Source: a virus (lineage: Duplodnaviria; Caudoviricetes). Taken from it: 42,936 nucleotides of DNA. Positions 28,920 through 37,511 of the stretch are shown here, piece after piece. The notes under the pieces are model-generated. The model worked only from the letters and a program-made list of their open reading frames with translations, did no database searches and was not told the DNA's origin. The translations under genes were made by a program, and so were the position numbers. The DNA is taken from IMG/VR virus record IMGVR_UViG_3300020306_000003, positions 1 to 42,936 of that record. One strand, 5' to 3'. Position 1 is the first letter of the stretch. Every line of letters starts with the position of its first letter.

Positions 28920-29697
28920 CTTCAATTTTGTGTTTGTGATCTGGCAAAGTATTCGGGGGATTCTGAAGAACAACGTCAGAGCAAGTAACGAATGAGGGTG
29001 AAGAGGGTGAATATGAAACCCCAAGCTTAAGTTGTTCAGCACATATCTTTAAACGGCTCAGAGCATAGTCTAATTTTCTAGCTTTGTATGCTTGCTCTAA
29101 ATATTTAACTCTACTATTTTGGGCTCTCACGCAATTATTTAATAGCCTCTTATCAAGTGGAACGCTTATGGTTGCGGTCACTCCATAGTTGAAGGAGAGA
29201 TTATTACGAGCTTGTCCTGTTCTTACCTTCTTTTGATATAGAACACCGCCTGGATTAGTTAAATTACCATCGTCATCTGTACTATCATCATATATATTTT
29301 CCATGTAATGTGGTTCAAAAGGATCTTTCCATGCATTGACTTTTGAGATGAATGGATTAATAGTTAGAGTTGTTCCGCTGCAACGAATTCCATCGCCTAA
29401 TTCTTGATATATAAAGCCACCTTGATTCACACTTATACCCTGATTAATCACCGACCCGCTACTTGTAGCCTGGGGGGATGCTATTGTTGTATTGCTGGCA
29501 AAAATAGGCTGACTAAATATTACTGAGTAAAGACAGACACCGATTCCACTAAGGATTCTGTAGTAGTGGTTCGATTGATAGTTGTTATATTTGAAAGGCC
29601 GCTGTTTTGAAGGCTTTCCGTAAAGCTGAAAGCTTGGCCTGGATTGGTTATCTTCCAATCTGGTTTGTTGCCTGGGGTTACATCTACTGATGTCCAT
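28846..29697 (-). CDS. Putative exported protein, start uncertain
   Basis: Signal-peptide-like ILSGIGVCLYSVIFSQPIFA; GIRCSGTTLTINPF and NYGVTATISVPLDK; overlaps the upstream gene by 178 nt. Confidence 0.75.
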   Translation of the reverse strand: MDISRCNPRQQTRLEDNQSRPSFQLYGKPSKQRPFKYNNYQSNHYYRILSGIGVCLYSVIFSQPIFASNTTIASPQATSSGSVINQGISVNQGGFIYQELGDGIRCSGTTLTINPFISKVNAWKDPFEPHYMENIYDDSTDDDGNLTNPGGVLYQKKVRTGQARNNLSFNYGVTATISVPLDKRLLNNCVRAQNSRVKYLEQAYKARKLDYALSRLKICAEQLKLGVSYSPSSPSFVTCSDVVLQNPPNTLPDHKHKIEVTSESPSVPFSFQRGSLSSPSSPE

Positions 29698-29963
29698 GTG
29701 AAGTTGATGTTGTCAACAGTTTGAGGTTGATTTTTTATAAGTTTAGGAGAAATAACATTTGTATTTACTGGTTCAATATTGTGACCTGAAACAACATATT
29801 GTGAACCAGAAAAGTCTACACTCGTTATAGTTTCCGCTACTACAGTTTTAGTTTCTTGTCTGCTATTTAGAGTCCCCGTTGAGAAGGTTGGGACGACGGG
29901 AACAGCAGAAACACTTGTCCCTGTAAAGGATATAAGCAGTAATAACTTATATATTTTATGCAC
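29520..29963 (-). CDS. Putative exported protein (VPVVPTF-type cyanophage family)
   Basis: Signal peptide then AVPVVPTFSTG; PGQAFSFTES. Confidence 0.8.
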   Translation of the reverse strand: MHKIYKLLLLISFTGTSVSAVPVVPTFSTGTLNSRQETKTVVAETITSVDFSGSQYVVSGHNIEPVNTNVISPKLIKNQPQTVDNINFTWTSVDVTPGNKPDWKITNPGQAFSFTESLQNSGLSNITTINRTTTTESLVESVSVFTQ

Positions 29964-30460
29964 TATTTAACAGTAATTTCTGATGAAATTTGAGCCGTCC
30001 CAGTAGTTCCCGCACCTCCCGCTACTGTCGTGGCAATTCCAGAGCTAACTACTGTTCCACTTAGATTTCCAGCAACGCCCCCAGAGGTTACGACAGTGTT
30101 ACCGAAGGCTGGCATATCAGCAACAACTCCAGCAGATACGTCTACACCAGATCCTATTGCTGGAATAGCGTCACCTTGGAGCCAGCTCTCAGAGAATGAA
30201 AATGCAGATCCAGCAGTATTAACCTCATAAACTCCAACATCTAATGTGGCTGCTGCTGTAGCAGTTCCAGCGGTCAACTTGCCGAAATGTTCTCCAGTAG
30301 TGACCTTCATATTGTTGCCTGACACCGCGTAAGTAGATGGAACTCTGATAGCCTGAACTGCTGCTCCATCCACCTTCAAGCTTGTTGAGGCTGTGTGTTT
30401 AATCGAAATATCTGCATTAGCTGGAGCTGCTAATAGCAAAAGAAGAAATAGTTTTTTCAT
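29963..30460 (-). CDS. Putative exported beta-rich protein
   Basis: Classic signal peptide MKKLFLLLLLAAPANA; AGSAFSFSES. Confidence 0.8.
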   Translation of the reverse strand: MKKLFLLLLLAAPANADISIKHTASTSLKVDGAAVQAIRVPSTYAVSGNNMKVTTGEHFGKLTAGTATAAATLDVGVYEVNTAGSAFSFSESWLQGDAIPAIGSGVDVSAGVVADMPAFGNTVVTSGGVAGNLSGTVVSSGIATTVAGGAGTTGTAQISSEITVK

Positions 30461-30855
30461 GCGTTATTTGGATCAGGTTTTTTAGTAACAACTTGTACCT
30501 CAGTAGGAGGATATTTAACAAAAATAGTGTGCGTATTACCTCCTCCACCTTCGCCGTTTTTCTTTTTAGCTGTTGCACCCTTCGATACATTCAGTCCATA
30601 ACTTGTCAGGACCGTGCCTAACATCGCACTCGCAAAACTGGTGTCGGGTCGTTGGTCAGGCATCTCAAATTCTATATTTCCTATTTTAATTACTGGGGGA
30701 AAAGAGATGTACGCCAAGCTTAAAATACTGAGACTCCAGACCAACACTAGCGTTTTGACCCCATTTGATAAATAAAATAGGATCATATCTTGATACTCAG
30801 GCATATCATCTTCGTCTTTTACTTGTATGCTTTCAGTTTGGTTTTTGTCAGCCAT
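30457..30855 (-). CDS. Two-TM membrane protein (holin candidate)
   Basis: Two hydrophobic segments (LVLVWSLSILSLAYI; FASAMLGTVLTSYGL) and a charged C-terminus. Confidence 0.7.
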   Translation of the reverse strand: MADKNQTESIQVKDEDDMPEYQDMILFYLSNGVKTLVLVWSLSILSLAYISFPPVIKIGNIEFEMPDQRPDTSFASAMLGTVLTSYGLNVSKGATAKKKNGEGGGGNTHTIFVKYPPTEVQVVTKKPDPNNA

Positions 30856-30863
30856 AAGCTAGG

Positions 30864-30878
30864 TCTACAGGGTCGTTG
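30864..30878 (-). promoter_or_regulatory. 15-bp motif copy CAACGACCCTGTAGA
   Basis: 8 nt upstream of ATG 30855; TAAAAT ends 5 nt before it. Confidence 0.6.
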
Positions 30879-30886
30879 ATAATATT

Positions 30887-31666
30887 TTAATCATGTAATG
30901 TCGGAATAAACACCCCCTCAATAGACGTTGGCGGCTCCCATTCAACAGGTTTTTCAGCCGTAAAGTCATATTCGTTTTGTCTTAAAATTCTTGCACACCT
31001 AGCTTGAGAAAGAATATCGGGTATATCAGGATCTTTTGCTGCTGCCTTTAAATAAGCAGCTCTAACCTTTTCCCACATTTGCAATTCGCTTGTACAGTCA
31101 GCAAGTAACTTTTTAGCTGTTACAGGGCCGTAGCCTTTTAATCCAGGGAATCCATCTGTAGCATCGCCCGTTAAAATCGTTTGATAAAAAGATTGATTAG
31201 CATCAAATTCTTGTATCTTTTCGATTTTACCTTCAGCGTTTAAATGTAAGCCTGGAATAGTTTTTAGATCTTTATCCCTTGAATAAATAACATCTCCACT
31301 TTCTTGATCTGCAAGGATTCCTACAACATCATCGGCTTCAATCAATGGAAGCGTAATGACTTCAAATGTGTCACGTAACCATTGGCGTAATACTGAATAC
31401 CCTGCTGGCTTTCTAAATTTACGTCTGTTCGATTTGTAATTGGAATAGACACCGTACCTGAAGTTACTGGAGTCACCCAAGGCCAAGAATATCTTATGGT
31501 CTGGGCATAGCTTTTGTATGCGTTCAATCTCTGCGGTAACAGCATGTTTAGCCTCATCTAGGTTTGTTTGATAAGTCCATACTTCTGGAGTCCATTCGCA
31601 TTCATATTCTGCGGATGTCATGGCCCGATAAGCATCGGGTTCAATGTCATAGAAAAGTTTTTTCAT
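30887..31666 (-). CDS. 5'-3' exonuclease (T7 gp6-like)
   Basis: NFR...YKSNR, EADDVVGI, SRDKDLKTIPG, GDATDGFPGLKGYG. Confidence 0.95.
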   Translation of the reverse strand: MKKLFYDIEPDAYRAMTSAEYECEWTPEVWTYQTNLDEAKHAVTAEIERIQKLCPDHKIFLALGDSSNFRYGVYSNYKSNRRKFRKPAGYSVLRQWLRDTFEVITLPLIEADDVVGILADQESGDVIYSRDKDLKTIPGLHLNAEGKIEKIQEFDANQSFYQTILTGDATDGFPGLKGYGPVTAKKLLADCTSELQMWEKVRAAYLKAAAKDPDIPDILSQARCARILRQNEYDFTAEKPVEWEPPTSIEGVFIPTLHD

Positions 31667-31745
31667 GTTTTTTCCAATGCTTAATTAAGATTTTGAGTTG
31701 ACGTATTCGCTCCTCTGCATGGGCGATTTTCTCATCGGGAGTCAT
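31647..31745 (-). CDS. 32-aa hypothetical protein MTPDEKIAHAEERIRQLKILIKHWKKHEKTFL
   Basis: Read by hand; ATGA-coupled to the upstream ORF and fills the gap before the exonuclease. Confidence 0.6.
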   Translation of the reverse strand: MTPDEKIAHAEERIRQLKILIKHWKKHEKTFL

Positions 31746-31879
31746 CCGTAATTGTCCAAGAGGTGAAGAAGAGCTGTTACATAACCGTCGTTCCAAATCT
31801 CTTGAACCTTGTTCCCTTCTTCATGTGCTTCTTTGTATGCTTCTTCAGCTTTCAGCTTCAGAGTTTTGACGTAAATCAT
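31742..31879 (-). CDS. Small hypothetical protein
   Basis: ORF track starts at 31954; ATG 31879 minimises the overlap. Confidence 0.55.
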   Translation of the reverse strand: MIYVKTLKLKAEEAYKEAHEEGNKVQEIWNDGYVTALLHLLDNYG

Positions 31880-32099
31880 TTGATTCTGGGTCAACTTCCC
31901 TGACGCTTCTAATGTTTTCGAGGTCAACGATTCTTGTTGAGTGATCTCTGTCATTTTCTTGGTAGATAACGGTGCATGATGTTGGATAAGTTTCAGTAAC
32001 CATTGCTTGTTTCCAATGTGATGCTCGGAAAAAGATAAATACTGCTTGGGCTCGATTGAGCTGATTCCAGTTCAGAACTGGGTGTCCTGGTCGTGCCAT
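31845..32099 (-). CDS. Small hypothetical protein
   Basis: ORF track starts at 32228; ATG 32099 (MARPGHP...) near the helicase end is preferred. Confidence 0.55.
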   Translation of the reverse strand: MARPGHPVLNWNQLNRAQAVFIFFRASHWKQAMVTETYPTSCTVIYQENDRDHSTRIVDLENIRSVREVDPESNDLRQNSEAES

Positions 32100-33655
32100 T
32101 TGTGAGCTAGTTGTTGAGTTGTTTCGTCGAACTCGAAAGAGCCTGCATAACCACATCGGCCCAACATGCGGTTTTTTAAGCATTTCGAGTGAGTGAGGTT
32201 TGATCCTCTCGATCTGTTTAAGGCCCATATCGTGTCGGCAAGTTGAACTATGCTGTGAGAATTTCTTATGTTGTGCAGCTCTGGGGCAGCTCCGTTCTCA
32301 AAGTTCTCTCCAGAAGAAGAGCGATTGAGATGACTAATAGCGAATACTGTGCATTTAGTAGCCGCAATAAAGCTTCTAATCTTTGTAACGAGAGCGTCTA
32401 ACTGCCTTGTGTCTTGTGCTAATCCACTTCCTAAGATCGTTAAATGATCTAAGTAAATGTGTTGGCAGCCAAGACTTCTGACCATGTAATTCATCCGCTG
32501 GAGGATGACCTTTTCATCAAGAGATCCAAAGTGATCAAATAACTCAAGGTATCCAGAACCAGTAACAAACTTGTCAGCTTGGGCAATGTTTTGTACTTGC
32601 TCATCGGTAAGCCCTGCATAGTTTTCTCTGGCATGAATTTGAATCCCTGCTGCTTGACCAACGAAACGAAAGACCGCTTCTTCGGCTGTTTCTTCAAGGC
32701 CAATCCACCCGACTTTGATACGTCGTTCGATGTCATGTAATGCCAACGCCCTTGCAAAGGTTGTCTTACCAATTCCTGACCCCGCTATTAATACGATGAG
32801 TTGATTATCGTAAAAAGGAGTCTTGTCATTCCAGAACCCAAAAGCACAATTAGTAGCTTTTCGATCAGGTGGTTTGTTAACTATCCCTGCATAGGCAGAA
32901 GCAGATTTAATTCCATCAGGACGTAATTCTTTAGCAGCTTTAATCGCTTCATTAACTGCATGACTTCCTAGTTCTTGCAGCGTGTCGTTGGCATCTTTCT
33001 TGGGAAAGACAACACGCCTAACTTTGCCTGCTTCAAAAAGACTAACGAGATCACTCGCTGCATTTTCTCCAGGCTCATCCATATCTGTGGCGATATAGAC
33101 AGTTTTAAAAGAGCTAAAGAAATCAATGTGTTTCTTAACGAAATTCCCAGCATTTTGAGCCCCATTCGGAACTGAAATTCCAACTACGGTTCCTCTTGTG
33201 GCATGGAAGATGGTTGGGGCATCCATTTCGCCCTCGCAAATTGCGATTCCATCGTGGTGGCTAGGATTTGCGAGATGTGAACCAAACCCTGCGACTTTCT
33301 TTGCGTCTCCTCTCCAAGAAGTTTTTCCATTTCTAATTTTTTGTGCAATGTTTACGCCTTTTTTATCCCTGTATTGGAAGGCCACTCCATCGGCGTATTT
33401 GTAAACGCCGTATTGATCTAGAACTTTTTTAGGTATCCCTCTGTAGTGATCTGCATCCCAAGGAACGGTTAGATCAACGTCGATCATTGGCCGAATAGGT
33501 TTCGGTCTGGAAGTTTTTTCAACTTCTTCTCCTTCGCCTTTCGTGTACTTTTGACAGACGAAACAGAACGAGTGGTCTGTGTAGACCGCCAAAGCATCAC
33601 TGCTATCGCAGTCGGGGCAAGGATCGTGCCGAAGAAAACGGGATTCACCCATCAC
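32072..33655 (-). CDS. DNA primase-helicase (T7 gp4-like)
   Basis: CPDC/CFVC zinc finger, ICEGEMDA and DMDEPG TOPRIM motifs, AGSGIGKT Walker A, YLDHL, ISHLNR, LKNR. Confidence 0.97.
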   Translation of the reverse strand: MMGESRFLRHDPCPDCDSSDALAVYTDHSFCFVCQKYTKGEGEEVEKTSRPKPIRPMIDVDLTVPWDADHYRGIPKKVLDQYGVYKYADGVAFQYRDKKGVNIAQKIRNGKTSWRGDAKKVAGFGSHLANPSHHDGIAICEGEMDAPTIFHATRGTVVGISVPNGAQNAGNFVKKHIDFFSSFKTVYIATDMDEPGENAASDLVSLFEAGKVRRVVFPKKDANDTLQELGSHAVNEAIKAAKELRPDGIKSASAYAGIVNKPPDRKATNCAFGFWNDKTPFYDNQLIVLIAGSGIGKTTFARALALHDIERRIKVGWIGLEETAEEAVFRFVGQAAGIQIHARENYAGLTDEQVQNIAQADKFVTGSGYLELFDHFGSLDEKVILQRMNYMVRSLGCQHIYLDHLTILGSGLAQDTRQLDALVTKIRSFIAATKCTVFAISHLNRSSSGENFENGAAPELHNIRNSHSIVQLADTIWALNRSRGSNLTHSKCLKNRMLGRCGYAGSFEFDETTQQLAHKWHDQDTQF

Positions 33656-33848
33656 CCCCCCTAATCGGAATATCAGGAACTAAACCTCTTGTTTTGCCAG
33701 CATTAACAGCTAAATATTCAAGAGTAGTAAAAGTTTTGTGGCACTTTTTACAAACTCGATACCGCCTAATCATTCCTTCTGAACTTTTAGGCTGACTATC
33801 GACTTTTGATTCTTCATGCCCACAGTTGGGACATTTAATCATCGTCAA
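33645..33848 (-). CDS. NrdR N-terminal-like zinc ribbon protein without ATP cone
   Basis: KCPNCG..ESKVDS......IRRYRVCKKCHKTFTTLE matches the NrdR zinc-ribbon pattern; 67 aa. Confidence 0.8.
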   Translation of the reverse strand: MTMIKCPNCGHEESKVDSQPKSSEGMIRRYRVCKKCHKTFTTLEYLAVNAGKTRGLVPDIPIRGGDG

Positions 33849-34209
33849 CCTCCCAAGTGATTTGAATAATGATGTGAGAGTCTTTAATTTTCACTTTTGT
33901 AAAAGATAAATTGAGATTTGGAATAACTTTTACGCTGTCATCCGTCCACAGAATGTTTTTAGCTGCGTCCATAACTGAGCCAGATTTATTATCAAGATCT
34001 CCCATCTCTGCTCCACGAAAAAAAATGTCTAGTCGGTGAACTTTCGTGAGTGGTTCAAGTTTCCATTGTTCTTTTAAATGAACTTTGGCTTCTTTTAACC
34101 AACTCTTGTACTGAGGAGGATTGTATGGACGCTTTTGGCCCATAAATGATCTTGGTCTTGGCTTAGATATTGGACGTATAGGTAAATCAATCTGCTTAAA
34201 CTTCAGCAT
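33835..34209 (-). CDS. rusA: RusA-like Holliday junction resolvase
   Basis: SKPRPR and GDLDN...VMDA....LWTDD acidic motif. Confidence 0.85.
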   Translation of the reverse strand: MLKFKQIDLPIRPISKPRPRSFMGQKRPYNPPQYKSWLKEAKVHLKEQWKLEPLTKVHRLDIFFRGAEMGDLDNKSGSVMDAAKNILWTDDSVKVIPNLNLSFTKVKIKDSHIIIQITWEVDDD

Positions 34210-34769
34210 TAAAAGGACTTTTCAGCGTCTTCCTTTAATGAGTAACCGCCTTGGACGCTGCCAAAGACATCATCATCAGAGGGAATTGTGCCGCCTGAAT
34301 ACTCCACATAATCAATAATCATTACCTTCATTGGATCAAGAGTCATGCCTGAGCCTGACTTTGCAGACCAAGGAACAATCTTAAAAGCAATAATGCCTTT
34401 TGATCCGTTGCCTATTTCTTTACTAACAGGCCACTTTTCTAAACGTGAATCAATAACATTTGGGCCTTGAGTTTTAGTTCCATTGTTGTCAATAAAACAT
34501 CTCTTCTTAAATTTTACGCAAAGTTTACTTGGGTCTTCTTTATCTGGGTTGCAGTTAAACCACCAAGTATTTTTCTTGGCATCTTTGCCATGAATTTCTT
34601 CAAACTTATTCTCCATTAACATTGTCCATTCAATAGTTTTTGGATCTTTGCTATCTAAAAGCAATTCCATTGTCCATTCATCAGGCTTACCGTCTTCGTA
34701 TGCCTTTCTTGCTTCCCCTAATCCTTTAAACCAGCGAAGTTCTCCTGGTGGTGTTTTAACAAGTTCCAA
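34209..34769 (-). CDS. ssb: Single-stranded DNA-binding protein (T7 gp2.5-like)
   Basis: TPPGELRW, IGNGSKG, acidic tail ending in Phe; follows RNAP; TTG start. Confidence 0.85.
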   Translation of the reverse strand: MELVKTPPGELRWFKGLGEARKAYEDGKPDEWTMELLLDSKDPKTIEWTMLMENKFEEIHGKDAKKNTWWFNCNPDKEDPSKLCVKFKKRCFIDNNGTKTQGPNVIDSRLEKWPVSKEIGNGSKGIIAFKIVPWSAKSGSGMTLDPMKVMIIDYVEYSGGTIPSDDDVFGSVQGGYSLKEDAEKSF

Positions 34770-34853
34770 TTTGATGCCCCCATCAATAAGTTTGCTTTAT
34801 GAACATACAGTATTCCGAGCAGGTGTAAACGTCGCATGAATAATATGTTTATA

Positions 34854-37289
34854 TCAAGAAAACAAGTAAGGATTTGTTCCAATAAGTCTCGGATTAAGAC
34901 TTCCTTGTTTAGGCATATCAGGTAGTGACAACCCTGTTGACAGCTGAATTTCATCCACAAAACCTAGCAACCAATTAGGGGCGTAAAGCTCGTTAAATGT
35001 GTCGTGAAGTGTCTTATGAGCCACCCCAGCGTTAGCCGCATGTACCGCAAAACAATCGTGATTTGTAAGCACTTGTATGTTTTGTTCCACGGCCTTGTAA
35101 ACGAAGTTAATACAAAAAGCAGAATCCCAACTATGTGTAAAGTTCGCGGCTATTCCTTTATTGGCTTGTGTCGCACATAGAGGTGCATCTGTGGGTTGAT
35201 CTTTAATATTCATCGTTGCATGTTTGCCAAATAACATTGTCTGAATTTTTTTAATTCTTGGTTCTCTATCTGCAATTCTCATGGGCCATCCGCTTTGAGT
35301 TGTCCACTCCAAGGCGTAGCCCTTAGACATTACTTTTCTTGTTACTTTGTGGAGCCATTTTTTAAACTCAAGGCAAGGTTTAATTCTCTGTTTCGTTTCA
35401 TCCCATAAATGACTTGCTAAATATTTCGCAGGGATCGCTACCTCGTATGTGAAATTTTCAAGTGGCACGTATCCAAGGTGTTCATCTAATCGCTCAACCA
35501 AGGAATCACATAAGGACATATATGAACCGCCATACGGAGCTGCAAGGATTGGCTGCTTACATAAAGACCTATTAATTCCTTTCTGAAGCCATATTTGTGC
35601 TAACGCTTTGTCTCTCTCTTCTCCGAACTGGAGATCATGAACCAATCTTTCTGTGACTTTTTCAGCGACAAGGGTGTAAAGATCCCTTCGTTCATCGCCA
35701 AATAAATTGCACTCCCTCCCAACCTTTTCTGACCTCAACAGGGCCGCAAGTATCCCGCAGCCTGAAGTAGTTTGATCGAAGCGAACTGGACACCCTGTTT
35801 TACCTGTTTCAAGTACCTCTTTTACCCCTTTGCAAGCCTGTAAAAATTGCCAAGGATCGTTAGCGTTTCGCCACAATTCAAGCCTTCCAAGTGGATCTTC
35901 TGCCGCTGCCTTCATCAAATCAATATTCTTTCTTCCCCAATTCAAACGCTCATCCCATGACTTTCTTCCATATCCATAATGTCCAGCAGCTCCTTTCAGT
36001 AACCAATCAAAAGCCTCGTCGTTTAATGGCAGCTTTTCAGCAAAGTCCAGCATGGCCTTTTCGTAGTCTGGGCCTTGGTGAGATACATATTTATTAGATG
36101 TATAAAGCCTTGATCTATGGTCAGCGTGGTAAGCCTGATAAACAGTCCTATCTGCTAATCCTTCAGCCTCTTGTAACGCACGTTCAATCTTGATTCTTCT
36201 GGGTCTGTTTTGCTCTCTGTCTCTATGAGCCATTGAAGCAAGACGATTCCTAATCTTTAAGTCTTCTGGAGCTGGATCTTGCCCTAACCGTTCAGGAACA
36301 TCTAAGGGAATCTTCGCACAAGGCCACAAGCCCTCTGTTCCGTTCTCCCATGTATTTCTTTGGCATTCGATTATGTCCCGTTTAACGTGAAGTGGTGTCG
36401 CCTGGAGGTGGTTTGTCGCTACAAATGTTTTTGTTAGCTCTGCTCTTCTGTAATGCTCTATTGCTGTGGTGTCTTTTTCTTCAGCGTCGTGAATTGGAAC
36501 TCTGACAAAACATTCTTCGTTGCCTAATCTTCCTCCTCCGTACAATCCAGGCCAAGGAGCTGGAGGAGATACCATTGCCGAATAAGCAACTTTATAAGTA
36601 GAAGGTGGGCAGCTTTTGATTACTTTTTCAGCGTGATCGGTAGGAACTACAAATCTGGGAGTAGTACGACCAATCTTTCTTGTAATAACTTGAATCAAGC
36701 CTGTATGTATTAAATGATCTAAAAGGAACTGACCAATATGAAGACGACTTAAATCATTAAAAGGAAGAACGGGGCATCCCATCTTCCTCATTATTTCCAT
36801 TGTGCTGATCTTGTTCCGGCTCAAGCCTTGCTTCATTAAGTGCCGCAGCTCCACGGGACTTTTATCTGCCAGCCTCATTAATCGGATCTCTTTCTCAACC
36901 GCAGCTCCTAAGCCTTGACAGAAAGTGGCGATCCTTTGCCTTCTACTTAATTGATCGAGGGTCGCGACCAGGGCGATGGTTGCAACATGCTCTGGAGATT
37001 TAAAAGGATCAAAGAAAGGAATTGCAGCTCCATGAAATCTTGCTTTGTCTGGATTTTCTACAAAATCAATAAAAGTTTTATTTAATCGACTGCTTAAATC
37101 ATCAACTAATAATCCATATAATTTTCTGCCATAAATTAATGCACTCTCTTTTCCTATCTGTTTAAGTTTTCTTTCATTAGTTTTATGTGTTTCTTCTGCT
37201 CTTTTTTCTGCACGTAATTGTCGTGCTAATTGCTCTTTTTCAAGGGTCTGTATATCTTGCAACTCAGAAAAACGGGTGTTTACGACCAC
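34854..37289 (-). CDS. Single-subunit T7-like DNA-directed RNA polymerase
   Basis: DHRSRLY, motif A PVRFDQTTSG, motif B RSLCKQPILAAPYG, NFTHSWDS, motif C HDCF; in-frame GTG 37289 preferred, frame is open to 37472. Confidence 0.95.
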   Translation of the reverse strand: MVVNTRFSELQDIQTLEKEQLARQLRAEKRAEETHKTNERKLKQIGKESALIYGRKLYGLLVDDLSSRLNKTFIDFVENPDKARFHGAAIPFFDPFKSPEHVATIALVATLDQLSRRQRIATFCQGLGAAVEKEIRLMRLADKSPVELRHLMKQGLSRNKISTMEIMRKMGCPVLPFNDLSRLHIGQFLLDHLIHTGLIQVITRKIGRTTPRFVVPTDHAEKVIKSCPPSTYKVAYSAMVSPPAPWPGLYGGGRLGNEECFVRVPIHDAEEKDTTAIEHYRRAELTKTFVATNHLQATPLHVKRDIIECQRNTWENGTEGLWPCAKIPLDVPERLGQDPAPEDLKIRNRLASMAHRDREQNRPRRIKIERALQEAEGLADRTVYQAYHADHRSRLYTSNKYVSHQGPDYEKAMLDFAEKLPLNDEAFDWLLKGAAGHYGYGRKSWDERLNWGRKNIDLMKAAAEDPLGRLELWRNANDPWQFLQACKGVKEVLETGKTGCPVRFDQTTSGCGILAALLRSEKVGRECNLFGDERRDLYTLVAEKVTERLVHDLQFGEERDKALAQIWLQKGINRSLCKQPILAAPYGGSYMSLCDSLVERLDEHLGYVPLENFTYEVAIPAKYLASHLWDETKQRIKPCLEFKKWLHKVTRKVMSKGYALEWTTQSGWPMRIADREPRIKKIQTMLFGKHATMNIKDQPTDAPLCATQANKGIAANFTHSWDSAFCINFVYKAVEQNIQVLTNHDCFAVHAANAGVAHKTLHDTFNELYAPNWLLGFVDEIQLSTGLSLPDMPKQGSLNPRLIGTNPYLFS

Positions 37290-37352
37290 GTTATTCGCAA
37301 CACTCTCGCAATGCCAGCTCTTTTTGGTATCAAAAGAAAGTGTGTGACTTGC

Positions 37353-37367
37353 TCTACGGGGTCTAAG
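37353..37367 (-). promoter_or_regulatory. 15-bp motif copy CTTAGACCCCGTAGA
   Basis: Between the attP-like core and RNAP; right half matches the consensus. Confidence 0.45.
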
Positions 37368-37377
37368 ATGATGCTTA

Positions 37378-37396
37378 TGCGAATTATGAGTTCGCA
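37378..37396 (-). other. Candidate attP core: tRNA(CAU) anticodon-arm mimic TGCGAA-CTCATAA-TTCGCA
   Basis: 6-bp inverted repeats around a 7-bp spacer equal to a CAU anticodon loop; about 180 bp downstream of int. Confidence 0.7.
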
Positions 37397-37511
37397 ACCA
37401 GCCCAATGATAGCAAGGGATCTGAGCATTTTGCGTTGATCGTTTTTAAGGTAGAAAAAATATGTGCTTTCACAGTGCGAACGGTGCGAACTTACTTAAAC
37501 AAAAGTTGTAA

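Noticed and set aside
27412-31666. Photosynthesis or metabolic auxiliary genes (psbA, hli, talC, nrd)
   Set aside because: No ORF here or elsewhere shows their motifs
32088-32099. Partial leader motif (CACGACCA) just after ATG 32099
   Set aside because: Only 8 contiguous nt and inside helicase coding sequence; could be chance, so not counted as an sRNA target
37378-37396. A second tRNA gene or pseudogene
   Set aside because: Only the anticodon arm is present, with no acceptor, D or T arm; interpreted as the attP core
37290-37472. 61-aa N-terminal extension of RNAP in the ORF track
   Set aside because: It runs through the attP-like core and motif sites and looks non-coding; GTG 37289 is more plausible, though unproven
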